DNA of 32,954 nt from an uncultured Bdellovibrio sp. (GTDB lineage: Bacteria > Bdellovibrionota > Bdellovibrionia > Bdellovibrionales > Bdellovibrionaceae), in NCBI GenBank assembly GCA_963932905.1, contig CAWVRN010000036.1:1-32954 (forward strand). The letters are read 5' to 3'. Shown piece by piece: positions 9,038 through 17,672 of the stretch. The translations under genes were made by a program, and so were the position numbers. The notes below the pieces were generated by a model. It ran no database searches. It was not told where the DNA came from and saw only the letters and a list, made by a program, of their open reading frames with translations. Numbering within the stretch: position 1 is the stretch's first letter; every line of letters begins with the position of its first letter.

Positions 9038-9377
9038 TATTCAAGCACCACCATCAGATCGTAAATTAGTTCAGTTTTTGTTACGTTCGGGTTTGATCAT
9101 TTCTATGTTGTTGATGGTCGCGGGATTGATTGTCAATGTGTCAACTGGACATATAGAATCGGTTTCTGTGGGTATGTTCGAGTTATTAGGTGAATCTTTA
9201 TCGTTAGGTGATCGTCTTCTTGGTATTGGCGTCTTGGTATTGGCACTGACTCCCGCATTGCGAGTTCTGACTTTGACAGCATTGTGGACGCGCGAGAAAG
9301 ATTGGAAATTCGTTGGTATTTCTGTCGTCGTAATTATCGCTTTGATAATTTCTGTATCCCTGGGCGGCCACGCATAA
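9027..9377 (+). CDS. DUF1634 family small membrane protein
   Basis: Three hydrophobic segments, LR.G and GVLVLALTPALRV motifs; overlaps the tauE stop, the usual pairing. Confidence 0.8.
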   Translation: MENNIQAPPSDRKLVQFLLRSGLIISMLLMVAGLIVNVSTGHIESVSVGMFELLGESLSLGDRLLGIGVLVLALTPALRVLTLTALWTREKDWKFVGISVVVIIALIISVSLGGHA

Positions 9378-9386
9378 AGGCCCAAA

Positions 9387-9453
9387 GGTACCTCCTAACA
9401 TTCTGGAGCCCAGCGCGTTGAACGCGGCGGGCTCCAGAATGTTAGGAGGTACC
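9387..9453. repeat. Long hairpin with perfect 25-bp inverted repeat (REPIN/MITE-like; may also terminate transcription)
   Basis: GGTACCTCCTAACATTCTGGAGCCC at 9387-9411 and its exact reverse complement at 9429-9453; the 17-nt core contains CGCGT/ACGCG. Confidence 0.95.
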
Positions 9454-11670
9454 CTATTTTAATAGCTTTATTTTTTCTGTGTTGCCTACGATCCAGAGCA
9501 AGTCGCCGTCTAGTATGGGTTCGGCAGCGTCGGGATTGAGTAGGCGTTCGCCGTTACGTTCTAGGCCGACAACTAAACCGTCTGTGGTTTCGCGGATCCC
9601 GCTTTCGCGTATGCTTTTGCCGATAAATGGGTTTTGTCCACTCATGAAAATGCTTTTTAAACCGTAGTTCGCGACATTAACGCCGGTATGTAGGTCCGAA
9701 TTTTTTGAAATGATTTCTTTGAATTTTGAAACTTCGTCGTCATTGCCGATCACGGAAACTCGGTCGAAAGCCATCAGGATATCATCACGACGGGGTGCCA
9801 GGATTTTCTGACTGCCCCGTTCTATCATCGCTATGGTCACACCATAAGATTCACGGATACCGATGTCGGCCAGTTTTCTTCCAACTACGGATGAATTAGG
9901 GTGTACATCTAACGTGGCCAGATGTGCATCCCAAGGCGCAAGGATAGGGTATTCTTTTTCATTGTTGATACGAGCTTTATCTTTTTCGTTCAAGTGGCTT
10001 AAAAATTGAGTTTCAAACCACCCATAAGTTTTTGAGAAATTTTTAAATCCAAGGACCGCCATCAACATTGACAGACTGGCGGCTAAAGCGAATGTGACGA
10101 AGGCCGATGTAAACTGCGCGACGATAAATCCCAAAAGGAAAATTGCCAGCAATGCACGGCCAAACAAACCCAGTACGGATTGATACGACATCTGCCGCAC
10201 ATCTTCGATTCGTACCATGAGTTTGTCAACTGAGCGAGCTTTTGAAAAAATCGCCCATAACGACGGTAACGATAAAAACATAGCAACCGCTACAGACACA
10301 AGCGCAGCCATTCCTTCAGACGGCAGTTCTTTTGCCAAAAATGGCAATAACCATTTCGAACAAGCCAACGCAATACCGACCACCAAAACTGAATTTAAAA
10401 ATACGCGTGGCATTTCTTGAGCTAACTTTGATGATTGGATATTGGGATTTTCTATACCAGTGTTGCTACGTAAACGAGTCAGCCATTCAGCAGGTAAACG
10501 CCTTTCTATCCATGTGTAGGTAGCGTCACTTGATTTAATTAAATACGGAGTCGTGAGTGTAGTGATGGCCGAAACAGCCACTGCCAGAGGATACAAAAAT
10601 TCTGAGGTTACTTTTAATGTCAGACCAAGTGTTGCAATAATGAACGAGAACTCACCAATTTGCGCAAGACTCATTCCTGTTTGTAACGACACACGCAAGC
10701 TTTGCCCCGATAGCAATGCGCCAACAGTCGAGCTAAATAATTTTCCAAAAATCGTAACAATGGTGATAACAGAGACGGCAAACCAATGCTCACGTAACGC
10801 ATCCAAATTGATTAACATACCAACGGATACGAAGAACACCGCCGCAAAAAGATCTTTTACTGATTTTAGAGTGTGTTCGATGCGGGCTCCGTCTGGTGTC
10901 TCGGCTAAAATAGATCCCATGATGAACGCACCAAGGGCCGGCGAGAATCCAGATTTTGTTGCAAGTAGCACCATCAACAAACACATTGCCAAAGATACGA
11001 TCAATGACGTCTCTTCATTCATCAGCGAGCGTGTTTTGCGTAGGAACCAAGGAACGATGAAGATTCCCCCCAAGAACCACAATGTCAGAAAGAAGGCGAG
11101 CTTCGCTGCCGAGGTCAGCAACTGCGCGCCTTCAAATGTATTTGAAACCGCGATGGTTGATAGCAATACCAGTAACAAGATCGCCACAAGATCTTCAACG
11201 ATCAAAACACCAAACACAAGTGTGACAAAACGTCTTTGTCGAAAGCCAAGTTCATCGAATGCACGGATAATAATAGTCGTGGATGAAATGGCTAGGATAC
11301 CGCCAAGGAAAATGCTGTCCATGGTGTTCCAACCAAAACCTTGTCCTAACAAATAACCAAGGCCCAACATAAAAAGAACTTCAGTGATAGCCGTTATCGA
11401 TGCGCCACGTCCTACCGACGCCAATTTTTTAAAACTGAATTCTAACCCCAGACCAAATAATAAAACAATGACGCCGATCTCTGCCCAAATTTTGATCTCT
11501 TCGTTTTCTTGCACTGTGGGAAAAAAACTAACTTCGGGTCCCACAAGAAAACCGGCAAGCAAATATCCCAACACGACGGGTTGACCAATTTTTTTGAAGA
11601 GCAGCGTGACAACACCTGCTACAGCCAGAATTATTCCCAAATCTTCGATCAGTGTTGGTAAATGTAAAAT
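9454..11670 (-). CDS. CPA2 family cation:proton (K+/H+) antiporter with two C-terminal TrkA-C/RCK-C domains
   Basis: QPVVLGYLLAG, LGLEFS, ISSTTII, LIVED, GAFIMG and QIGEFSFI motifs plus two RCK-C repeats. Start set at ATT 11670 (SD GGAGG 5 nt upstream); the ORF track uses TTG 11640. Confidence 0.92.
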   Translation of the reverse strand: MLHLPTLIEDLGIILAVAGVVTLLFKKIGQPVVLGYLLAGFLVGPEVSFFPTVQENEEIKIWAEIGVIVLLFGLGLEFSFKKLASVGRGASITAITEVLFMLGLGYLLGQGFGWNTMDSIFLGGILAISSTTIIIRAFDELGFRQRRFVTLVFGVLIVEDLVAILLLVLLSTIAVSNTFEGAQLLTSAAKLAFFLTLWFLGGIFIVPWFLRKTRSLMNEETSLIVSLAMCLLMVLLATKSGFSPALGAFIMGSILAETPDGARIEHTLKSVKDLFAAVFFVSVGMLINLDALREHWFAVSVITIVTIFGKLFSSTVGALLSGQSLRVSLQTGMSLAQIGEFSFIIATLGLTLKVTSEFLYPLAVAVSAITTLTTPYLIKSSDATYTWIERRLPAEWLTRLRSNTGIENPNIQSSKLAQEMPRVFLNSVLVVGIALACSKWLLPFLAKELPSEGMAALVSVAVAMFLSLPSLWAIFSKARSVDKLMVRIEDVRQMSYQSVLGLFGRALLAIFLLGFIVAQFTSAFVTFALAASLSMLMAVLGFKNFSKTYGWFETQFLSHLNEKDKARINNEKEYPILAPWDAHLATLDVHPNSSVVGRKLADIGIRESYGVTIAMIERGSQKILAPRRDDILMAFDRVSVIGNDDEVSKFKEIISKNSDLHTGVNVANYGLKSIFMSGQNPFIGKSIRESGIRETTDGLVVGLERNGERLLNPDAAEPILDGDLLWIVGNTEKIKLLK

Positions 11671-11822
11671 AATTTCCTCCCGTTACGTCATCTTAGTGTA
11701 CTTAAATTTTTACATTACTGAATTGAAAAGTGAAAGAGTAATTTTGCCCCCGATTAATTTTATGAAAAAAAAAGTTGTTCCAAAAAAGTCCAAAATGGAA
11801 CCTCTAGATGCCATTTTTGTAT

Positions 11823-11838
11823 CGGCATCGCGATTGCT
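11823..11838 (+). promoter_or_regulatory. Putative sigma54 (-24/-12) promoter
   Basis: CGGCATCGCGATTGCT fits GG-N10-GC with TTGC, about 70 nt upstream of the lipoprotein start. Confidence 0.6.
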
Positions 11839-11906
11839 TTAGCCACAATCAATCAACAACTCGTTCAATAGACCGGACGAAAAAAACAACCAAGGAGATT
11901 TAGGTT

Positions 11907-12758
11907 ATGAAAAAATATTTCAAATATGCAGCGATTATCGCTTTGCTAACTGTCGGCGTCGCTTGCGAAAACAAATCGTCTAACAGTGAACCACAAGCAG
12001 TAGCGGCGGCGGCCGATCCATCAGCCGATCCGTTAGCTTCCGGTGATGCCGCCGTAGCGGCACAAGCTATGATTACACCCTCTGGCGGGGCGGTGACTAC
12101 GTCGACAGTAGTGGCTCACGAATCTAATGTTGGCGAAACGCCAGCAAGTAACGAAGCAATGACTTGGGATGAGATTATTGCGGCTTACCCAGCATTAGCT
12201 GATCGAGTCAACTTCTTAGCTGGCATCGATAAAGTAGTAGAGACAGACGCGCGCACATTTGATCTATATTCTGGTGGAAGTATTGTATTAACTTTAGAAT
12301 ACACAGCAGCTAATGACGCTTTAGTTGTTAAAAATTCGGCGCATGCAGGTTTTGCCGCCGACCTAATTACTGTTGAATCTGTTGCGGCTGAACAAACTCA
12401 AGGTAAAGTAGTAGATCGTCTAGATTTTGTAATGTCGTCATGTGATGTAGTTAAAGAAGAACCGCAACAAGAGCAAGAGCAAGCACAAGCGGGCAAAGAA
12501 GCTCCGGTAAAAGAAGAACCAGCTAAAGTAGAAGAAGAAAAAGCTCAAGAACAAGAGCAAGCACAAACTGGTAAGGAAGCTCCGGCTAAGGAAGAGCCAA
12601 AAGTAGAACCAAAACAAGAGTGCGCTTCCATCGTAGCTAGTTTAGTTCTTGAACAAGTAGTTGAAAAACAAGAGCAAGAACAAAAAGAAGCTCCAGTTAA
12701 AGAAGAGCCAAAACAAGAGGCTAAGCAAGAAGCTCCAATTCAACAAGAGCAAAAATAA
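11907..12758 (+). CDS. Acidic lipoprotein with Q/E/K/P-rich repeats
   Basis: Lipobox GVAC, SD AAGGAG, repeated QEQEQ(AQxG)KEAPxKEEP units. Confidence 0.85.
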   Translation: MKKYFKYAAIIALLTVGVACENKSSNSEPQAVAAAADPSADPLASGDAAVAAQAMITPSGGAVTTSTVVAHESNVGETPASNEAMTWDEIIAAYPALADRVNFLAGIDKVVETDARTFDLYSGGSIVLTLEYTAANDALVVKNSAHAGFAADLITVESVAAEQTQGKVVDRLDFVMSSCDVVKEEPQQEQEQAQAGKEAPVKEEPAKVEEEKAQEQEQAQTGKEAPAKEEPKVEPKQECASIVASLVLEQVVEKQEQEQKEAPVKEEPKQEAKQEAPIQQEQK

Positions 12759-12781
12759 TTTAAATAGTTTAATTGTTTTAA

Positions 12782-12808
12782 TCTGGAAGGGCGCATGGCT
12801 CTTCCAGA
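12782..12808. terminator. Stem-loop downstream of the acidic lipoprotein
   Basis: TCTGGAAGGGC-gcatg-GCTCTTCCAGA; no clear U-tract on the + strand. Confidence 0.5.
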
Positions 12809-12837
12809 AATAACGACGGCAACGATGGAGACTTAAG

Positions 12838-13671
12838 GTGAAATTCGCGCTTGTACTAGGATTGTTTGGGACATTACTATCTTGTCTGACTTCATGTCAG
12901 AAGTTTGAATCGTCCACTGCGCCATCTCCGGAGATTACATCTAAACAACTCGATTCTGCCCCTCGACCTAATGTCGCTATCTCGATATCGGAAATTCAAC
13001 TTGGAGAATGCATGAGTCTGGCTTTACTTGTAGACCGACTTTCAGACCCCATGTTTGATTATCCATCGGCCCTGATGGTGACAGATTTTCATGTTCTGGA
13101 TGAAATTGTGTCGAGTGGAAATGCTAAATTTTTAGCTTACTCATCTTTTTATTACCGAAATGCGCCAGCTAAAGAGCTTGTGCCTTTCACAAAGGCTTAC
13201 CAGTCTGATTGCAAAACGTTAAAACTAGCGATGGCCTCTGGGCAATTGTTAACGTATAATATCTTGGAATCCTCGGATAGACATTTGAAGCTACAACTCA
13301 CTCATGAGTTCGGAGACGAAGTTCCTAGTTTTCAAAGAGACGCTCTATTTAAGCGATATCAGGCAGACGAGATTTCAATCCAACTTATTTCGGAATCAGA
13401 AATTAATATAAGTAAAAAGATAAAAAGTTTCGATCCTTTCTGTAGAAAGAAAAAGAAAGGATATGATGTAAAAATGACTGAAGTGTTTTCATGGAAAAAA
13501 GAACAGGCCGAACTCCCTGACCAATATCAAATTGAAAACGGGTATTTGCAACTGGTAATGTCCGCCTTGAAAACCGCTCCGGAGATGGACGCAGCAAATC
13601 CCGCGTCGGTCGCGATCATTAAAACTATTATGACAACTCCAGTACTTGAAGAAATTAAATTGTGTGAGTAG
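12838..13671 (+). CDS. Hypothetical lipoprotein
   Basis: GTG start with GGAG upstream; lipobox-like LTSC; 277 aa. Confidence 0.75.
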   Translation: MKFALVLGLFGTLLSCLTSCQKFESSTAPSPEITSKQLDSAPRPNVAISISEIQLGECMSLALLVDRLSDPMFDYPSALMVTDFHVLDEIVSSGNAKFLAYSSFYYRNAPAKELVPFTKAYQSDCKTLKLAMASGQLLTYNILESSDRHLKLQLTHEFGDEVPSFQRDALFKRYQADEISIQLISESEINISKKIKSFDPFCRKKKKGYDVKMTEVFSWKKEQAELPDQYQIENGYLQLVMSALKTAPEMDAANPASVAIIKTIMTTPVLEEIKLCE

Positions 13672-13694
13672 AAAACATTTAAATTGTAGGAACG

Positions 13695-13730
13695 AATAAA
13701 AGTGGCTGATCAATTCAGCCCACTTTTATT
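13695..13730. terminator. Bidirectional intrinsic terminator
   Basis: AATAAAAGTGGCTGA...TCAGCCCACTTTTATT between convergent genes, with A- and T-tracts. Confidence 0.8.
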
Positions 13731-13743
13731 TTAGGACTCTTGG

Positions 13744-15171
13744 TTATTTTAAAGCGCAATTTTTACTGGTGCGAGCTAACATCACTGCTGTGTATGAATC
13801 TACGCGGCCGCCAGCACGCACCTTATCTTGAAGCGCCGGTAATTTATCTGAAGATTCACGAATGAGATTCAAAATTTGGGCAGGATCCAAATCGGGGTTG
13901 GCCGCTTTTATTAAAACGGCCAGACCAGAAACAATGGGCGTCGCCATAGAAGTTCCACTCATCATTTGGTAGGTCGAACCCGAAACGGTCGAATAGATTG
14001 CATAGCCCGGAGCCGCCACATCCACTTTGTTTTTTGAGAAATTAGAGAAGTCCGTTAGACGATCACCCGATGTTGTAGCCGCTACGCTAAATACGTTCCA
14101 CTGGGGGTACGAAGCTGGATACCATGGAGTCGAATCGATATTATAACCAAAGCCCTTATTGCCGTTTCCCGCCGCCGCAAAAAACAAAATTCCAGCATTG
14201 GCTGCGCGAGTAATTGCGTCGGAAAGAGTGCGTGAATAACGATTAGAACCCCAACTATTATTGATTAGAAAAACCTTCTTATTGATGGCGTAATCAATGG
14301 CTCGAACGGCGTTAGAGGTAATTCCAGCGCCAGAATCATCCATAAATTTTAAAGCCATCAGTTTTGCTTTCGGAGCTACGCCAACCACACCAACGTGATT
14401 GTTTCCACGTGCGCCGATCAAGCCAGCAACATGCGAACCATGCGGAGATTTAGAAGACGATCTGGGATCATTATTGTTCACGGCGAAATTCCATCCGTAC
14501 ACGTCATCGATATAACCGTTGCCATCGTCATCTTTACCGTTATTCGCGATTTCATCTTTATTGATCCACATATTTTCTGCTAAGTCAGGATGACTGTAGT
14601 CAACGCCGGTATCAACAACCGCTGCGACGATTTCTTCTGATCCCTCGTTCACTTGCCAAGCAGCCAATGAATTCAAAGTGCTGTGAAACCACTGCTTGGA
14701 AAAATAAGGATCATCAGGCATAACAGCCGAAGGAGTTTGTGGAATTGGGTCAATAGGATAGTCAGGTTCCACGTAATCGACATCAGATTCTGCGGCTACA
14801 ACGGCCAACATTTTTGCTTTTTCTTGAACAGAGCCTTTGATTCGCAAACTGTAGAGATCCCCGGCGATCGAAGTCAATTTCATTGCCGAAACTTGATACT
14901 CGTGGATGGGTTTACCACTGGATTTGAGTGCGTTTACATTTTTGTATTTAACTATATACTGACTATAGTTCGGATCAATATCGCTGGAGGACGACGTTGT
15001 CTTGGATGCGTTCGAAAGAGTTGTACTTTTTGGCCCTAATGCTAAGCATGTTTCAATTCCGTTCGTTTTTGATTGTTCTGTGGCGATTACGCCACCTTCG
15101 TTGTTCTTGGATGGGGCACAAGCGGCTAATGACAAAATACACAGTACGGTTACTACTTTCCTCACGAACAT
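13744..15171 (-). CDS. S8 subtilisin-like serine peptidase, lipoprotein
   Basis: Lipobox LAAC; triad AVVDTG / HGSHVAG / SGTSMATP; NGKDDDGNGYIDD insert; SD GGAGG. Confidence 0.95.
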   Translation of the reverse strand: MFVRKVVTVLCILSLAACAPSKNNEGGVIATEQSKTNGIETCLALGPKSTTLSNASKTTSSSSDIDPNYSQYIVKYKNVNALKSSGKPIHEYQVSAMKLTSIAGDLYSLRIKGSVQEKAKMLAVVAAESDVDYVEPDYPIDPIPQTPSAVMPDDPYFSKQWFHSTLNSLAAWQVNEGSEEIVAAVVDTGVDYSHPDLAENMWINKDEIANNGKDDDGNGYIDDVYGWNFAVNNNDPRSSSKSPHGSHVAGLIGARGNNHVGVVGVAPKAKLMALKFMDDSGAGITSNAVRAIDYAINKKVFLINNSWGSNRYSRTLSDAITRAANAGILFFAAAGNGNKGFGYNIDSTPWYPASYPQWNVFSVAATTSGDRLTDFSNFSKNKVDVAAPGYAIYSTVSGSTYQMMSGTSMATPIVSGLAVLIKAANPDLDPAQILNLIRESSDKLPALQDKVRAGGRVDSYTAVMLARTSKNCALK

Positions 15172-15273
15172 CCCTCCTTGGAGTATTTGTTTGGTTTTAA
15201 GTAATAATCGTAACTGAAAAAATAAATGAAATGATATTTTTTATTTAAAAAATCAGCGAAAAGACATAAAGGT

Positions 15274-15302
15274 ACGGCAATATTTTTTTGAAATATTGCC
15301 GT
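15274..15302. terminator. 12-bp stem-loop between the transglutaminase-like and S8 genes
   Basis: ACGGCAATATTT-5 nt-AAATATTGCCGT. Confidence 0.6.
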
Positions 15303-15340
15303 TATACATGGAAAAAATTATATACAAGTTTCGAAAAGTT

Positions 15341-16630
15341 TTACTCGACACTTTTGCTGTGTAGTTTGTCAACAATAGTAGCCATAACTTTTCCACGCTG
15401 TGAGGCAGAAATGGCACTTTGAGCGATGTTGGCAGGCAACGGTCCAGTGTTATCCCACACTCCAAAATCTTGGATATCTTCGCGAGTGCGTGCTTTTAGC
15501 TCATCAGGAAATGTCCACAGAAAATCAGGTTGATCTTCGGAATACCATTCGCCGCCGACTACGTTGTGATTTTCATCCAGTTCTAAATCATAGATGAATG
15601 TATGAGTCTGATATGCGTTACCCATTTGTCCCATCGTGGGTTCAATCAAGGCGGGATGAAATACGTCCATAATTACGCCAACGACAAATTTTGTTTTTTC
15701 GCTGCGTACTTGAGCAAAATGATCATTCGTTAAATCAGAAATGGGAACTATCGCCGATTTTATCGAATGTACCGGCTCAAATGTTCGCGCATTAAAATAA
15801 CTATAGTCGTAAGAGCTGATTGGGTAGTTCCAAACTTCGGGGCCTGAACTGGAATCCATCACGAAACTTTTGCCATAGCGACCAACGCGGTTAGTGATGG
15901 AAAGGTGCCAGGTCATCGGGTTGGTATCAAGACAGCTGACTTCCAGTGGTCTTAATAGTGGATCACGCGTAACGGGAAATTGATAACAGCGATTACCAGC
16001 TTGTTTTGTTTCCGGTGGTGATTCTGCCCATAGGTAAGAAAGTAAACCTTTAATGTCACTTTCATAAAACGTGATGGAAAACGAATTCGTCGCGTCCCTC
16101 ATCACTACACTATGGCGCGGTGGTGGTGAATCACGCTGCGAGATGGCTGACCAGCCATGGCATATCCCGGTCCACTGGGCCACGATTCCTTTTTCTTGGT
16201 AATCATCGTAACCCTTCTTCCACATTGCTTTCGTTAGCGACCAATTGCGATCACCCACCAATAAGTCATATTTTTCAGCTGGAGATAGTCGATCGATGCG
16301 ATTTTCAGAAATATAGGTTTCGGCAGGATTGGCCGTGTAGGCATTGAAATTGTCCATGAAGGCTTTAGAGTTATATGACGCTTTGTCGGCATAGCGAAAC
16401 GCCAACACGCCACGATGGATAGGCCAATAGGAACTGGCCCAAGGCTCGTAGGATGTTTTTCCTTTTACTAAACCGAGCTCTTTTAGTTGCATAATATTGT
16501 AAACTGGGCCAAGTGGATTTAGCAATGTCATGAAATCATCGTTTGGAAGAGGTGCGCTGAGTTCGCTTTGGTTTTGAGCGTTTGAATTTAAAGACACAAA
16601 TAAAATTAAAAATAGAGATAGTGTTTTCAT
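15341..16630 (-). CDS. Secreted transglutaminase-elicitor-like (GP42-type) Cys enzyme
   Basis: Signal peptide; PW.SSYWP, LSPAEKYD, WTGICHGW, DIKGL, VWNYP, Y.LELD....VGGEW and PDFLW motifs. Confidence 0.75.
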   Translation of the reverse strand: MKTLSLFLILFVSLNSNAQNQSELSAPLPNDDFMTLLNPLGPVYNIMQLKELGLVKGKTSYEPWASSYWPIHRGVLAFRYADKASYNSKAFMDNFNAYTANPAETYISENRIDRLSPAEKYDLLVGDRNWSLTKAMWKKGYDDYQEKGIVAQWTGICHGWSAISQRDSPPPRHSVVMRDATNSFSITFYESDIKGLLSYLWAESPPETKQAGNRCYQFPVTRDPLLRPLEVSCLDTNPMTWHLSITNRVGRYGKSFVMDSSSGPEVWNYPISSYDYSYFNARTFEPVHSIKSAIVPISDLTNDHFAQVRSEKTKFVVGVIMDVFHPALIEPTMGQMGNAYQTHTFIYDLELDENHNVVGGEWYSEDQPDFLWTFPDELKARTREDIQDFGVWDNTGPLPANIAQSAISASQRGKVMATIVDKLHSKSVE

Positions 16631-16895
16631 TGCAAACTGCTTAGTGCATTTCCTGTTCCCGCAATTAGAACATTAAGTATATTTTCCAAGTAACTATAAA
16701 TCAGATTCTATATGTTCTGGACCCGAAATATTTCCTCGTGTTGGAATTTCTGCCCCGGGTGTTTTTAGAAAATCAGACTGTATATTGGGACGACAGTGAC
16801 TAAAGAAACCTTAGCCTTATTAGCTAGTTTCATCGCTCGTATAATTATCTTTATTTGTCGCTAGACAGACTTAATCAAAGCCTCATACTTAATGC

Positions 16896-17672
16896 ATGAG
16901 TCCACAAATAGTTTCCTCTCGTACAGTGATTAAAGAAAATTGGTTAACTCGATCTCCCAGTGATTTTGCGTATCTATCAACTTTGATTTTTGGTGTCCTA
17001 TTAGGTTTGGTTGGTTATTGGTATTTAGGCGGAACATTTGGAATCACGCCATGGATGGCAGCTAGTGGACAAAATGTTTTGGTCAAAGGTGAATATTGGC
17101 GTTTGTGGACAGCGCTGTTTGCCCATGCGGATACGGCTCACTTGTTGGGTAACTTAAGTTTGTTTTTACCGCTTGCCTTTATGTTAACCGGACACTTTGG
17201 TGTGTGGGCTTTTCCTGTACTGGGAATTGCGCTGGGGGGGCTAATTAATTATATTGCCATCCAGTTGATGCCGCCAGAGGTTGGTCTGATTGGAATTTCG
17301 GGTGTTGTGTATTGGATGGGTGCGACCTGGTTAACGTTGTTTCTATTTATTGATCGCAGAAAAAGTATACGTCGAAGAATCGCATTGGCTTTATTCCTGA
17401 CCGTTGTTTTATTTATTCCTGAAACTTACAAACCTGAAATCAGTTACATGAGTCATCTAGTCGGTTATCTATTAGGTGTGGCTAGTGGAATTATGATTTA
17501 CTTTGTTCGCCGCAAAGAAATTGAAGCCACCGAGGTCGTAGAAACTATTTATGATCGCCCAGAAGAGGAAGTGAATCCTGAATTCATTACTCCCGATATT
17601 ATTAACGCTGACTGGAAGCCAGTTATAGATTCATCACAAGATGACGTTCGACCTCCAAAATCGGGGATCTAA
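16896..17672 (+). CDS. Rhomboid family intramembrane serine protease
   Basis: WRLWTALFAH...HLLGN, GISG (catalytic Ser), SHLVG (catalytic His). Confidence 0.93.
   Translation: MSPQIVSSRTVIKENWLTRSPSDFAYLSTLIFGVLLGLVGYWYLGGTFGITPWMAASGQNVLVKGEYWRLWTALFAHADTAHLLGNLSLFLPLAFMLTGHFGVWAFPVLGIALGGLINYIAIQLMPPEVGLIGISGVVYWMGATWLTLFLFIDRRKSIRRRIALALFLTVVLFIPETYKPEISYMSHLVGYLLGVASGIMIYFVRRKEIEATEVVETIYDRPEEEVNPEFITPDIINADWKPVIDSSQDDVRPPKSGI

Noticed and set aside
10553..11356. 267-aa + strand ORF
   Set aside because: Entirely antisense to the hydrophobic core of the CPA2 antiporter; no motif; a typical shadow ORF.
12468..12755. Repeats considered as a CRISPR array
   Set aside because: They are in-frame, degenerate at synonymous positions, lack unique spacers, and no cas genes are present.
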